Shown here piece after piece: positions 56,244-64,000 of a stretch of DNA of 64,000 bases; positions within the stretch are counted from its first letter, which is position 1; each line of letters begins with the position of its first letter. The DNA lies in the NCBI GenBank assembly GCA_045648245.1, contig JAZRNS010000078.1, positions 178-64,177 on the forward strand, written 5' to 3'. The translations under genes and the position numbers were made by a program. This stretch comes from Faecousia sp. (GTDB taxonomy: Bacteria; Bacillota; Clostridia; Oscillospirales; Oscillospiraceae). A model generated the notes under the pieces. That model had not been told where the DNA came from, made no database searches, and saw only the letters and a program-made list of their open reading frames with translations.

Positions 56244-56978
56244 ATGAAACAAAGTGTATTTGAAATCATTGAAAATACGGCATTGACGGAAAATGTCTAT
56301 AAAATGACACTGCGTGGCGATACATCTGCCATTACAACACCCGGTCAGTTTGTGAACATTCAGTTGGACGGTCTGTACCTGCGAAGACCCATTTCTGTAT
56401 GCGATGTGCAGGGTGATCTGCTTACCATTATCTACAAAGCCGTAGGACGCGGAACAAAGCAGATGGCGCAAATGCAATCCGGCAAGCTGGATATTTTAAC
56501 GGGCTTGGGAAATGGCTATGACCTGACATTGTCCGGGGATAAGCCTGTTTTGCTGGGTGGCGGCGTTGGTGTGCCGCCTATGTACCTGCTGGCAAAACAG
56601 TTGATTGCCCAGGGTAGGGCAGTAAAGGTCATTCTTGGCTTTAATACGGCTCAGGAGGTCTTTTACGAGGGCCAGTTCCGGGAGCTGGGCGCAGATGTAA
56701 CGGTAACAACCGTGGACGGTTCTTACGGAATGAAGGGTTTCGTTACCGATGCGCTGAAGGCTATGGACTACACATATTTCTACACCTGCGGACCGGAACC
56801 CATGCTGAAGGCTGTTTACAGTGCTTCTAAAACTTCCGGACAGATGAGCTTTGAGAAACGCATGGGCTGCGGTTTTGGTGCATGTATGGGCTGTTCCTGC
56901 AAAACCATTACCGGCTATAAGCGTATTTGCAAGGAAGGACCGGTTATGAAGAAGGAGGAGATCTTGTGGGAAAACTGA
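56244..56978 (+). CDS. pyrK: Dihydroorotate dehydrogenase electron-transfer subunit
   Basis: PGQF, RRPIS, GGGVGVPP, CGP, MGCGFGACMGC..CKEGPV. Confidence 0.95.
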   Translation: MKQSVFEIIENTALTENVYKMTLRGDTSAITTPGQFVNIQLDGLYLRRPISVCDVQGDLLTIIYKAVGRGTKQMAQMQSGKLDILTGLGNGYDLTLSGDKPVLLGGGVGVPPMYLLAKQLIAQGRAVKVILGFNTAQEVFYEGQFRELGADVTVTTVDGSYGMKGFVTDALKAMDYTYFYTCGPEPMLKAVYSASKTSGQMSFEKRMGCGFGACMGCSCKTITGYKRICKEGPVMKKEEILWEN

Positions 56979-57877
56979 GTGTTAATTTGTGCGGTATTGA
57001 ACTGGACAATCCTGTGATCCCGGCCTCCGGTACATTTGGTTATGGCTACGAGTATGCAGAGCTGTACGATATTAACTGTTTGGGTACATTTTCTTTTAAG
57101 GGCACAACAAAAGATCCCCGATTCGGAAATCCCACACCCCGCATTGCGGAGTGCACTGCCGGCATGATCAATGCAGTTGGTCTGCAGAATCCCGGTGTGG
57201 AAAAGGTGATTTCTCACGAACTTCCGGAGCTGAAAAAATGTTTCCACAAGCCGGTTATGGCCAATGTCAGCGGTTTTTCTGTGGAAGACTATGCCTATAC
57301 CTGCCAGAAGCTGGATAAGGAAGAACAAGTCGGCTGGCTGGAAGTGAATGTCAGCTGCCCTAATGTGCATGGCGGGGGTATGAGCTTTGGCACAGATCCT
57401 ATGGCTGCGGCCGAGGTTACTGCTGCGGTTAAGAAGGTTACTACCAAGCCTGTGATTGTGAAGCTGAGCCCCAATGTTACGGATATTGTGAGTATTGCAA
57501 AGGCTTGTGAAGACGCCGGCGCAGACGGTATCAGCCTGATCAATACCATGTTGGGCATGCGGATTGACCTGCGTAGCCGCAAGCCGATTATTGCCAATAA
57601 AATGGGCGGATTTTCCGGTTCTGCGATCTTCCCGGTTGCTGTTCGAATGGTCTATCAGGTGGCAAATGCAGTGAAGGTTCCGGTGATCGGCATGGGTGGC
57701 GTTAGCTGCGCAGAGGATGTAGTAGAAATGATGCTAGCCGGTGCTACCGCAGTAGAAGTCGGTGCAGCGAATCTTGTGAATCCCTATATCTGCCGGGATA
57801 TCATTTTGGATCTGCCCGGGGTGATGGACAAATATAAAATCGAAAAATTAAGTGATATAATTGGAGGGGTTCAATAA
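56966..57877 (+). CDS. pyrD: Dihydroorotate dehydrogenase (class 1B) catalytic subunit
   Basis: PASGTFG, NAVGLQNPG, NVSCPN, KLSPN; GGAGG RBS before GTG 56966. Confidence 0.95.
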   Translation: MGKLSVNLCGIELDNPVIPASGTFGYGYEYAELYDINCLGTFSFKGTTKDPRFGNPTPRIAECTAGMINAVGLQNPGVEKVISHELPELKKCFHKPVMANVSGFSVEDYAYTCQKLDKEEQVGWLEVNVSCPNVHGGGMSFGTDPMAAAEVTAAVKKVTTKPVIVKLSPNVTDIVSIAKACEDAGADGISLINTMLGMRIDLRSRKPIIANKMGGFSGSAIFPVAVRMVYQVANAVKVPVIGMGGVSCAEDVVEMMLAGATAVEVGAANLVNPYICRDIILDLPGVMDKYKIEKLSDIIGGVQ

Positions 57878-58575
57878 TGGGTAAGGATGTTATTGTGGCT
57901 TGCGATTTTGCCAGTGCAAAACAGACATTTGAATTTTTGGATAAGTTCACCGGCCGTAAGCCCTTTGTTAAGATCGGTATGGAGCTTTACTATGCAGAAG
58001 GTCCGGAAATTGTGAAGCAGATCAAGGCAAGAGGACATAAGATCTTCCTGGATTTGAAGCTGCACGATATTCCCAATACCGTTAAAAAGGCAATGGCAGT
58101 TTTGAGCAATTTGGATGTGGATATTACCAACCTCCATGCTGCCGGTGCAACTGCCATGATGCAGGGCGCTTTGGAGGGATTGACCCGTCCGGACGGTAGC
58201 CGTCCGCTGCTGATTGCAGTAACCCAGCTTACATCTACCGATCAGGAGACTATGGAGCGGGATATTCTGATTAAGGAACCGATCGATCAGGTCGTTATGC
58301 ATTACGCCAAGACTGCGAAAAATGCCGGACTTGACGGCATTGTATGTTCTCCTCTGGAGGCAAGCAAGGTTCATGATATCTGTGGAAAAGAATTTTTGAC
58401 AATCACACCCGGCGTTCGCTTTGCTGACGGCGATGTTGGCGATCAAAAGCGGGTTATGACACCTGCACAGGCAAAACAGATTGGGTCTGACTATATTGTG
58501 GTTGGCCGCCCCATTACGGCTGCAGCAGATCCTGTTGCTGCATATGAGCGTTGCGTGGCAGAATTCTGCGATTAA
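57877..58575 (+). CDS. pyrF: Orotidine-5'-phosphate decarboxylase
   Basis: FLDLKLHDIPNT, TPGVR, VGRPIT. Confidence 0.97.
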   Translation: MGKDVIVACDFASAKQTFEFLDKFTGRKPFVKIGMELYYAEGPEIVKQIKARGHKIFLDLKLHDIPNTVKKAMAVLSNLDVDITNLHAAGATAMMQGALEGLTRPDGSRPLLIAVTQLTSTDQETMERDILIKEPIDQVVMHYAKTAKNAGLDGIVCSPLEASKVHDICGKEFLTITPGVRFADGDVGDQKRVMTPAQAKQIGSDYIVVGRPITAAADPVAAYERCVAEFCD

Positions 58576-58593
58576 TGGAAAAGGAGAGAGAAT

Positions 58594-59250
58594 ATGGAGG
58601 CTTATAAAAGAGAGTTTATTGCGTTCCTGCAGGGTGCAGGTGTTCTGAAATTTGGTGATTTTACTGCCAAATCCGGCCGCAAGATTCCTTACTTTGTGAA
58701 TGCCGGTATGATCAAAACCGGTGATGAGATTGCAAAGCTGGGCGAATTCTATGCAAAAGCTTATGCTGAAAAGCTTGGCAATAAAAAGAGTGTTCTCTAT
58801 GGACCTGCATACAAGGGCATTTCCATTGCTGTTTCTGCAGCCGTCGCCCTGAGCAAAAATGGATTGGATGTTCCTTTCTTCTTTAACCGTAAGGAAGTGA
58901 AGGATCACGGCGAAGGTGGCGTGTTTGTTGGATATGTTCCCCAGGCTGGTGAAGAGATCGTTATTGTGGAAGATGTTATTACCGCCGGCACAGCAATTCG
59001 TGAAAGCATGGCGATCCTGAGCGGTCTAGAGGGTGTAAAGGTGGCAGCTACATTCATTATGGTTGACCGTAAGGAAAAGGGCCAGGGCGAAAAGCTGGCT
59101 ATGCAGGAGATCGAGGATGAATTTGGATTCCCTGTATATTCTGTTGTGGATGTATACGATATTATCGAATATTTGGAAGAAGACCCTGCAAATAAGGAAA
59201 ATGTGGAGCGGATCAAGAACTATCTGGCAGTAAATGGAGCGAAGGCATGA
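58594..59250 (+). CDS. pyrE: Orotate phosphoribosyltransferase
   Basis: [33 protein letters not shown]. Confidence 0.95.
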   Translation: MEAYKREFIAFLQGAGVLKFGDFTAKSGRKIPYFVNAGMIKTGDEIAKLGEFYAKAYAEKLGNKKSVLYGPAYKGISIAVSAAVALSKNGLDVPFFFNRKEVKDHGEGGVFVGYVPQAGEEIVIVEDVITAGTAIRESMAILSGLEGVKVAATFIMVDRKEKGQGEKLAMQEIEDEFGFPVYSVVDVYDIIEYLEEDPANKENVERIKNYLAVNGAKA

Positions 59251-60341
59251 GAAGTCTGATTGATATTGTTGATTTCTCCGTTGAGGAGTTGGATGAGCTG
59301 TTAAAGACAGCCTGCGATATCAGCCAGAATCCGGAAAAGTATGCAGATTGCTGCCACGGTAAGAAGCTGGCCACCCTATTCTTTGAACCGTCTACCCGAA
59401 CTCGCTTGAGTTTTGAAGCGGCTATGTATGAGCTTGGTGGCAATGTTCTTGGCTTTTCTGAGGCAGGCTCCTCTTCTGCAGCCAAGGGCGAAAGTGTTGC
59501 AGATACTGCAAAGATGATCAGCTGTTATGCAGATATTATGGCGATGCGTCATCCTAAGGAGGGCGCACCTTATGTTGCAGCTAAGAGTGCATCTATCCCT
59601 GTAATTAATGCTGGCGATGGTGGCCATTGCCATCCCACACAAACGCTGGCAGACCTTTTGACAATTTACCGCGAGTTTGGTCGTCTTGATAATCTGACAA
59701 TTGGCTGCTGTGGAGACCTGAAATACGGCAGAACAGTTCATTCCCTAATTTCTGCTATGAGCCGTTACAACAACATTAAAGTGGTTCTGATCGCACCGGA
59801 TGAGCTGCGGCTGCCGAAATATGTCAAGTATGAGGTCTTGGAGAAGAATGGCATGGACTATGTGGAAACCACTTCTCTGGATGAAGCCATTGGAGAGCTT
59901 GATGTTCTGTACATGACCCGTATTCAGCGGGAGCGCTTTGACAGTTTTGACGAGTATGAACGTCTAAAGGACAGCTATGTTCTGACAGCAGAGAAAATGA
60001 AGAATGCGAAGCCGACAATGCGTGTTCTGCACCCGCTGCCCCGGGTAAATGAAATTAGCGTTAAGGTAGATGCAGATCCCAGAGCAGCATATTTTCGTCA
60101 GGCATTGAACGGTAAATATATGCGTATGGCGTTGATTTTGAAGCTGCTGAAGGAAGCAGAAGAGGGTAGACAAATGGAGGAATTTTCACAGACGATCGTG
60201 AACGATCTTCACTGCGATAATCCTCGCTGTATTACCTCTACAGAGCAGGAGCTGGATCACATTTTCCGTGTGGTAGATCCCCAACGGGGTATCTGCAGAT
60301 GCATCTACTGTGAGTCGAAAAAGGTACTCGACACACGGTAA
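59247..60341 (+). CDS. pyrB: Aspartate carbamoyltransferase fused to a PyrI-type zinc domain
   Basis: [17 protein letters not shown]; C-terminal CDNPRCIT...RCIYCE. Confidence 0.92.
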   Translation: MRSLIDIVDFSVEELDELLKTACDISQNPEKYADCCHGKKLATLFFEPSTRTRLSFEAAMYELGGNVLGFSEAGSSSAAKGESVADTAKMISCYADIMAMRHPKEGAPYVAAKSASIPVINAGDGGHCHPTQTLADLLTIYREFGRLDNLTIGCCGDLKYGRTVHSLISAMSRYNNIKVVLIAPDELRLPKYVKYEVLEKNGMDYVETTSLDEAIGELDVLYMTRIQRERFDSFDEYERLKDSYVLTAEKMKNAKPTMRVLHPLPRVNEISVKVDADPRAAYFRQALNGKYMRMALILKLLKEAEEGRQMEEFSQTIVNDLHCDNPRCITSTEQELDHIFRVVDPQRGICRCIYCESKKVLDTR

Positions 60342-60437
60342 CAAGCCTGAAAAATACACCTAACTACATCTTGTACAAAACGGGGATATTATCTGACATA
60401 AATAGTATTAAAAAGGGAGAAAACGACCTGGTTTACC

Positions 60438-60466
60438 TTGACATGACAGGGCCATCATGGTAGAAT
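60438..60466 (+). promoter_or_regulatory. SigA promoter of the pur operon
   Basis: TTGACA-N17-TAGAAT with extended TG. Confidence 0.75.
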
Positions 60467-60483
60467 GTTCGTGTAATAATTAA

Positions 60484-60557
60484 CGTTCTTTGCGACTGAC
60501 GGAATATGTGGAGCACCACAGAGGAACAAAGAATGGAAAATGCCGACCGTCTGGGCG
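60484..60557 (+). ncRNA. ZMP/ZTP (pfl) riboswitch
   Basis: P1 CGTTCTTTG/CAAAGAATG, GACTGACGG junction, P2 TGTGG-agca-CCACA, A-rich linker, P3 GCCGACCGTCTGGGC; GACGG/CCGTC pseudoknot. Confidence 0.9.
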
Positions 60558-60591
60558 CAATTAACTCGTATGGGTTGATTGCGCCCTTTTT
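60553..60591 (+). terminator. ZTP riboswitch terminator overlapping P3
   Basis: GGGCGCAATTAACTC-gtat-GGGTTGATTGCGCCC-TTTTT. Confidence 0.85.
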
Positions 60592-60610
60592 AGGTTTAGG
60601 AGGTTTGCTT

Positions 60611-61099
60611 GTGAAAAAAGTTGGAATCGTAATGGGTAGCGACAGTGATCTACCAATTGTACAAAAGGCTGTGGATATGCTCAAGAGCTTAGATGTTCCT
60701 TATGAGGTGCATATCTATTCTGCCCACAGAACGCCGGTTGAGGCTCGTGATTTCGCCCTTAGCGCAAGAGCGAACGGTTTTGGCGCAATTATTGCTGCAG
60801 CCGGGATGGCTGCCCATCTTGCCGGTGCCATCGCAGCAAATACAACCTTGCCTGTGATTGGTATCCCCTGCAAGGGACCTGTTCTTGACGGTATGGATGC
60901 CCTGCTTTCTACCGTTCAGATGCCGACTGGTATTCCGGTTGCTACGGTAGCCATTAACGGTGCAGCCAACGCAGCACTGCTTTGTGCACAGATCATTGCT
61001 GTGGAAGATAAGGACTTGGCTGCAAAACTGGACGCAAAGCGCGCAGAAGATGCCCGAAAGGTTCTTGACAAGGACAGCATAATTGCTGCCAACCTGTAA
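60611..61099 (+). CDS. purE: N5-CAIR mutase
   Basis: MGSDSD, SAHRTP, AGMAAHL, QMP.GIPVATV; AGGAGG RBS before GTG 60611. Confidence 0.96.
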   Translation: MKKVGIVMGSDSDLPIVQKAVDMLKSLDVPYEVHIYSAHRTPVEARDFALSARANGFGAIIAAAGMAAHLAGAIAANTTLPVIGIPCKGPVLDGMDALLSTVQMPTGIPVATVAINGAANAALLCAQIIAVEDKDLAAKLDAKRAEDARKVLDKDSIIAANL

Positions 61100-61136
61100 A
61101 ATATTCATTCATAGGATTTATAAAGGAGAAACGATT

Positions 61137-61823
61137 ATGGAAAAGAAGCTTGTTTATACTGGTAAGACTAAGGACGTATTTGCATTGGACAATGGCAATT
61201 ACCTTCTGAAGTTTAAGGACGATTGCACCGGTAAGGACGGTGTGTTTGATCCCGGTGAAAACGCTGTTGGTTTGACCATTGAAGGCGTTGGCGATGTTAA
61301 CCTGCGCATGTCTATTTATTTCTTTGAGAAGATCAATGCAGCCGGCATTAAGACCCACTATGTGAGCGCTGATCTTGCAAATACAACCATGGAAGTTCTG
61401 CCCGGTAAGGTGTTCGGTAAGGGCCTGGAGGTTATTTGCCGTTACAAGGCAGTTGGCTCTTTCTATCGTCGTTACTCCGATTACTGTGTGGAAGGTCAGG
61501 ATCTGCCTGCATATGTGGAGACCACCTTTAAGAACGATGAAAAGGGCGATCCGCTGGTAACCAAGGACGGCCTGGTTGATTTGGGCGTTATGACATCTGA
61601 GCAGTACGACGATCTGAAGGCAATGACACAGGCTATTACAAAAATCGTTGCCGACGACCTGAAGGAAAAGGGTCTGGATATGTATGATATTAAGTTTGAG
61701 TTTGGTTATGACGCAGACGGTAAGGTTATGCTGATCGACGAGATCGCTTCCGGCAATATGCGCGTTTACAAGGACGGTCAGTATGTTGACCCCATGACAC
61801 TGAACAAACTGTTTTTTGCATAA
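61137..61823 (+). CDS. purC: SAICAR synthetase
   Basis: [25 protein letters not shown]. Confidence 0.92.
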   Translation: MEKKLVYTGKTKDVFALDNGNYLLKFKDDCTGKDGVFDPGENAVGLTIEGVGDVNLRMSIYFFEKINAAGIKTHYVSADLANTTMEVLPGKVFGKGLEVICRYKAVGSFYRRYSDYCVEGQDLPAYVETTFKNDEKGDPLVTKDGLVDLGVMTSEQYDDLKAMTQAITKIVADDLKEKGLDMYDIKFEFGYDADGKVMLIDEIASGNMRVYKDGQYVDPMTLNKLFFA

Positions 61824-61834
61824 GTAAGGATTTG

Positions 61835-61871
61835 TTTTGACGGACAGCGGTAAAACCGCTGCCCGCCAAAA
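61835..61871 (+). other. Intra-operon stem-loop between purC and purF
   Basis: TTTTGACGGACAGCGGT-aaa-ACCGCTGCCCGCCAAAA (imperfect). Confidence 0.5.
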
Positions 61872-61913
61872 TACTGTTTATCAATTTTTCTTGTCTGAGT
61901 AAAGGAGTAGAGC

Positions 61914-63338
61914 ATGGGAGGATTTTTTGGAATTACATCCGTTTCAGATTGCATTGAGGATGTGTTCTTTGGTGTGGATTACCATTCTCATTTAGGCACG
62001 CGCCGTGGTGGTATGGCGGCATGTGATGCCCAAATCGGTTTGCAAAGGGATATCCACAATATCGAAAACTCTCCGTTTCGAACAAAGTTTGAGCATGTAC
62101 TGGAGGAAATGAAGGGAACAGCTGCTATTGGCTGTATTAGCGACACAGATCCGCAGCCGTTGCTGATTCGTTCTTGCCTTGGAACTTATGCCATTACCAC
62201 AGTGGGTATTATCAATAATGCTACTGATCTGATCGATCAGTACTTGTCATTTAGCGGTGGTCATTTTGATGCTATGACTGGCGGAAAGGTGAATTCTACA
62301 GAGCTTGTGGCTGCACTGATCAGTCAGAAGAGTAGCTTTGTTGACGGAATTCAGTTTGCACAGAGGGTGATTGAGGGCACGGCGAATATTCTGATTCTAA
62401 CCAATGACGGCAAGCTGATCGCGGCCCGAGATCGAATGGGAAGAATCCCGGTACAAATCGGTAAGAATGAGGAAGGCTACTGTGTATCCTTTGAACAGTT
62501 TGCCTACACAAAGCTAGGTTACGAGCATGTGTGCGAGCTGGGACCCGGTGAAATTGTGGAGCTTACGCCGAAGGGGATGACCCAGCTTGCAAAACCGGGC
62601 AAAGAGATGCGGATGTGTGCATTTCTGTGGAGCTACTACGGCTATCCTACCTCCAATTATGAAGGTGTGAATGTTGAGGCTATGCGCTATCGCAATGGCG
62701 CTGCCATTGCAGAGCGGGATATGGCTTGCGGCCGATCAATGGATATCGATTATGTGGGTGGCGTTCCCGATTCCGGTACACCCCATGCAATCGGCTACGC
62801 GAACCGGAGCGGTTTGCACTTCGCCAGAGCGTTTATTAAGTATACACCTACCTGGTCCAGAAGCTTTACGCCTGCCCGTCAGTCTGATCGAAACAAGATT
62901 GCAAAAATGAAGCAGATTCCTGTTCATGAACTGATTGAAAACAAGAATTTGCTGTTTGTGGACGATTCTATTGTTCGCGGAACACAGTTGAAGGAAACCG
63001 TTGATTTTCTCTATGAGAACGGTGCAAAATCTGTTCACATGCGTTCTGCCTGTCCGCCGATTATGTATGGTTGTAAATACCTGAATTTCTCCCGTTCTAC
63101 CAACGATATGGACCTGATCTCCCGTCGGGTAATTGTGGAACTGGAGGGTGAGGAAGGCCTAAAGCATATTGATGAGTATGCAAATGGCGATACAGAGCGT
63201 GGCAAAGCTATGCGTAAGGCAATTTCTGAGAAGTTTAAATTTGCATCCTTGGGATTCCAGACTCTGGATGGCGTGATCAATGCCATCGGTATGGAGCCCT
63301 GTAAGCTGTGTACCTATTGCTGGACCGGCAAGGAATGA
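61914..63338 (+). CDS. purF: Amidophosphoribosyltransferase, variant lacking the N-terminal catalytic Cys
   Basis: [14 protein letters not shown], Fe-S cysteines (CAF, CKY, CTYC); N-terminus is MGGFFG instead of MCG. Confidence 0.88.
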   Translation: MGGFFGITSVSDCIEDVFFGVDYHSHLGTRRGGMAACDAQIGLQRDIHNIENSPFRTKFEHVLEEMKGTAAIGCISDTDPQPLLIRSCLGTYAITTVGIINNATDLIDQYLSFSGGHFDAMTGGKVNSTELVAALISQKSSFVDGIQFAQRVIEGTANILILTNDGKLIAARDRMGRIPVQIGKNEEGYCVSFEQFAYTKLGYEHVCELGPGEIVELTPKGMTQLAKPGKEMRMCAFLWSYYGYPTSNYEGVNVEAMRYRNGAAIAERDMACGRSMDIDYVGGVPDSGTPHAIGYANRSGLHFARAFIKYTPTWSRSFTPARQSDRNKIAKMKQIPVHELIENKNLLFVDDSIVRGTQLKETVDFLYENGAKSVHMRSACPPIMYGCKYLNFSRSTNDMDLISRRVIVELEGEEGLKHIDEYANGDTERGKAMRKAISEKFKFASLGFQTLDGVINAIGMEPCKLCTYCWTGKE

Positions 63339-63357
63339 TATAAAGGAGAGCGAGATT

Positions 63358-64000
63358 ATGGAAAAGAGTTATTCCGCCAGCTACGCCGCTGCAGGCGTAG
63401 ATATTACTGCAGGTTACCGTGCAGTGGAATTGATGAAGAAGCATGTTGCCCGCACCCGCAACGAAGGTTGCCTGGATGATGTGGGCGGCTTTGGCGGCTG
63501 TTTTGGCTTGCCGGTTGCAGGCATGGAGGAACCGGTGCTGGTTTCCGGCACTGACGGCTGCGGTACAAAGGTAAAGCTTGCAATTTTGATGGACAAGCAC
63601 GATACCATCGGTATTGATGCAGTTGCTATGTGCGTCAATGACATTATTTGCTGCGGTGCAAAGCCCCTGTTTTTCCTGGACTACATTGCCTGCGGCAAGA
63701 ATATTCCTGAGAAGATTGCCGAAATTGTAGGCGGCGTTGCAGAAGGCTGTGTCCAGTCCGGTGCTGCACTGAACGGTGGCGAAACTGCGGAGCATTCCGG
63801 TATGATGCCTGTTGAGGAATATGATTTGGCCGGTTTTGCTGTAGGTATTGTAGATAAGAAAAAGATCATCGACAATACCCGTATGCGTGCAGGTGATGTT
63901 GTGATCGCACTGCCTTCTACAGGTATCCACTCTAATGGATTCAGCCTGTGCCGCAAGGTGTTTGATATTGACAACAATAACCCCGATCTGTATGTTCCCA
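63358..64000 (+). CDS. purM: AIR synthetase (3' truncated by window edge)
   Basis: AAGGAG RBS, ATG 63358; [43 protein letters not shown]. Confidence 0.95.
   Translation, partial: MEKSYSASYAAAGVDITAGYRAVELMKKHVARTRNEGCLDDVGGFGGCFGLPVAGMEEPVLVSGTDGCGTKVKLAILMDKHDTIGIDAVAMCVNDIICCGAKPLFFLDYIACGKNIPEKIAEIVGGVAEGCVQSGAALNGGETAEHSGMMPVEEYDLAGFAVGIVDKKKIIDNTRMRAGDVVIALPSTGIHSNGFSLCRKVFDIDNNNPDLYVP

Noticed and set aside
60506-60610. N-terminal extensions of purE, and similarly glyA (46041), spoIVA (27574), the gyrB-like gene (27477) and hisA (38533), in the ORF track
   Set aside because: They run through riboswitches, promoters or upstream genes; downstream starts fit RBS position or conserved N-termini better.

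Overview
64 kb of chromosome from a spore-forming Clostridia-class (probably Oscillospiraceae-like) gut or rumen anaerobe; the taxonomy is inferred from spoIVA, SigA-type promoters and Firmicutes-style pyr/pur/his genes. The first ~4.7 kb is an AT-richer accessory segment. It holds the end of a large surface protein, an unannotated 35-aa RiPP-precursor-like peptide followed by an HPr-kinase-like P-loop enzyme and a PqqD/RRE protein, and a REP-associated tyrosine transposase (RAYT) with five GTAG/GTGG REP palindromes, two of them in frame inside its own CDS. Next is a divergent CXXC membrane protein plus a ferredoxin-TlpA fusion, then a 16-kb peptide-foraging locus: a 2425-aa S8 protease with BspA-type LRRs, a lipoprotein, an oversized OppA and oppBCDF. 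The rest is core genome: yfhO, spoIVA, a topoisomerase IV-like pair, tRNA-Gly, a HisR-led his operon, tex, glyA under a singlet glycine riboswitch, rplM-rpsI, ttcA, dusB, a pyr operon (carB without carA; pyrB fused to a PyrI zinc domain) and a ZTP-riboswitch-controlled pur operon whose PurF lacks the catalytic Cys. All calls come from motif reading; no database searches were run.
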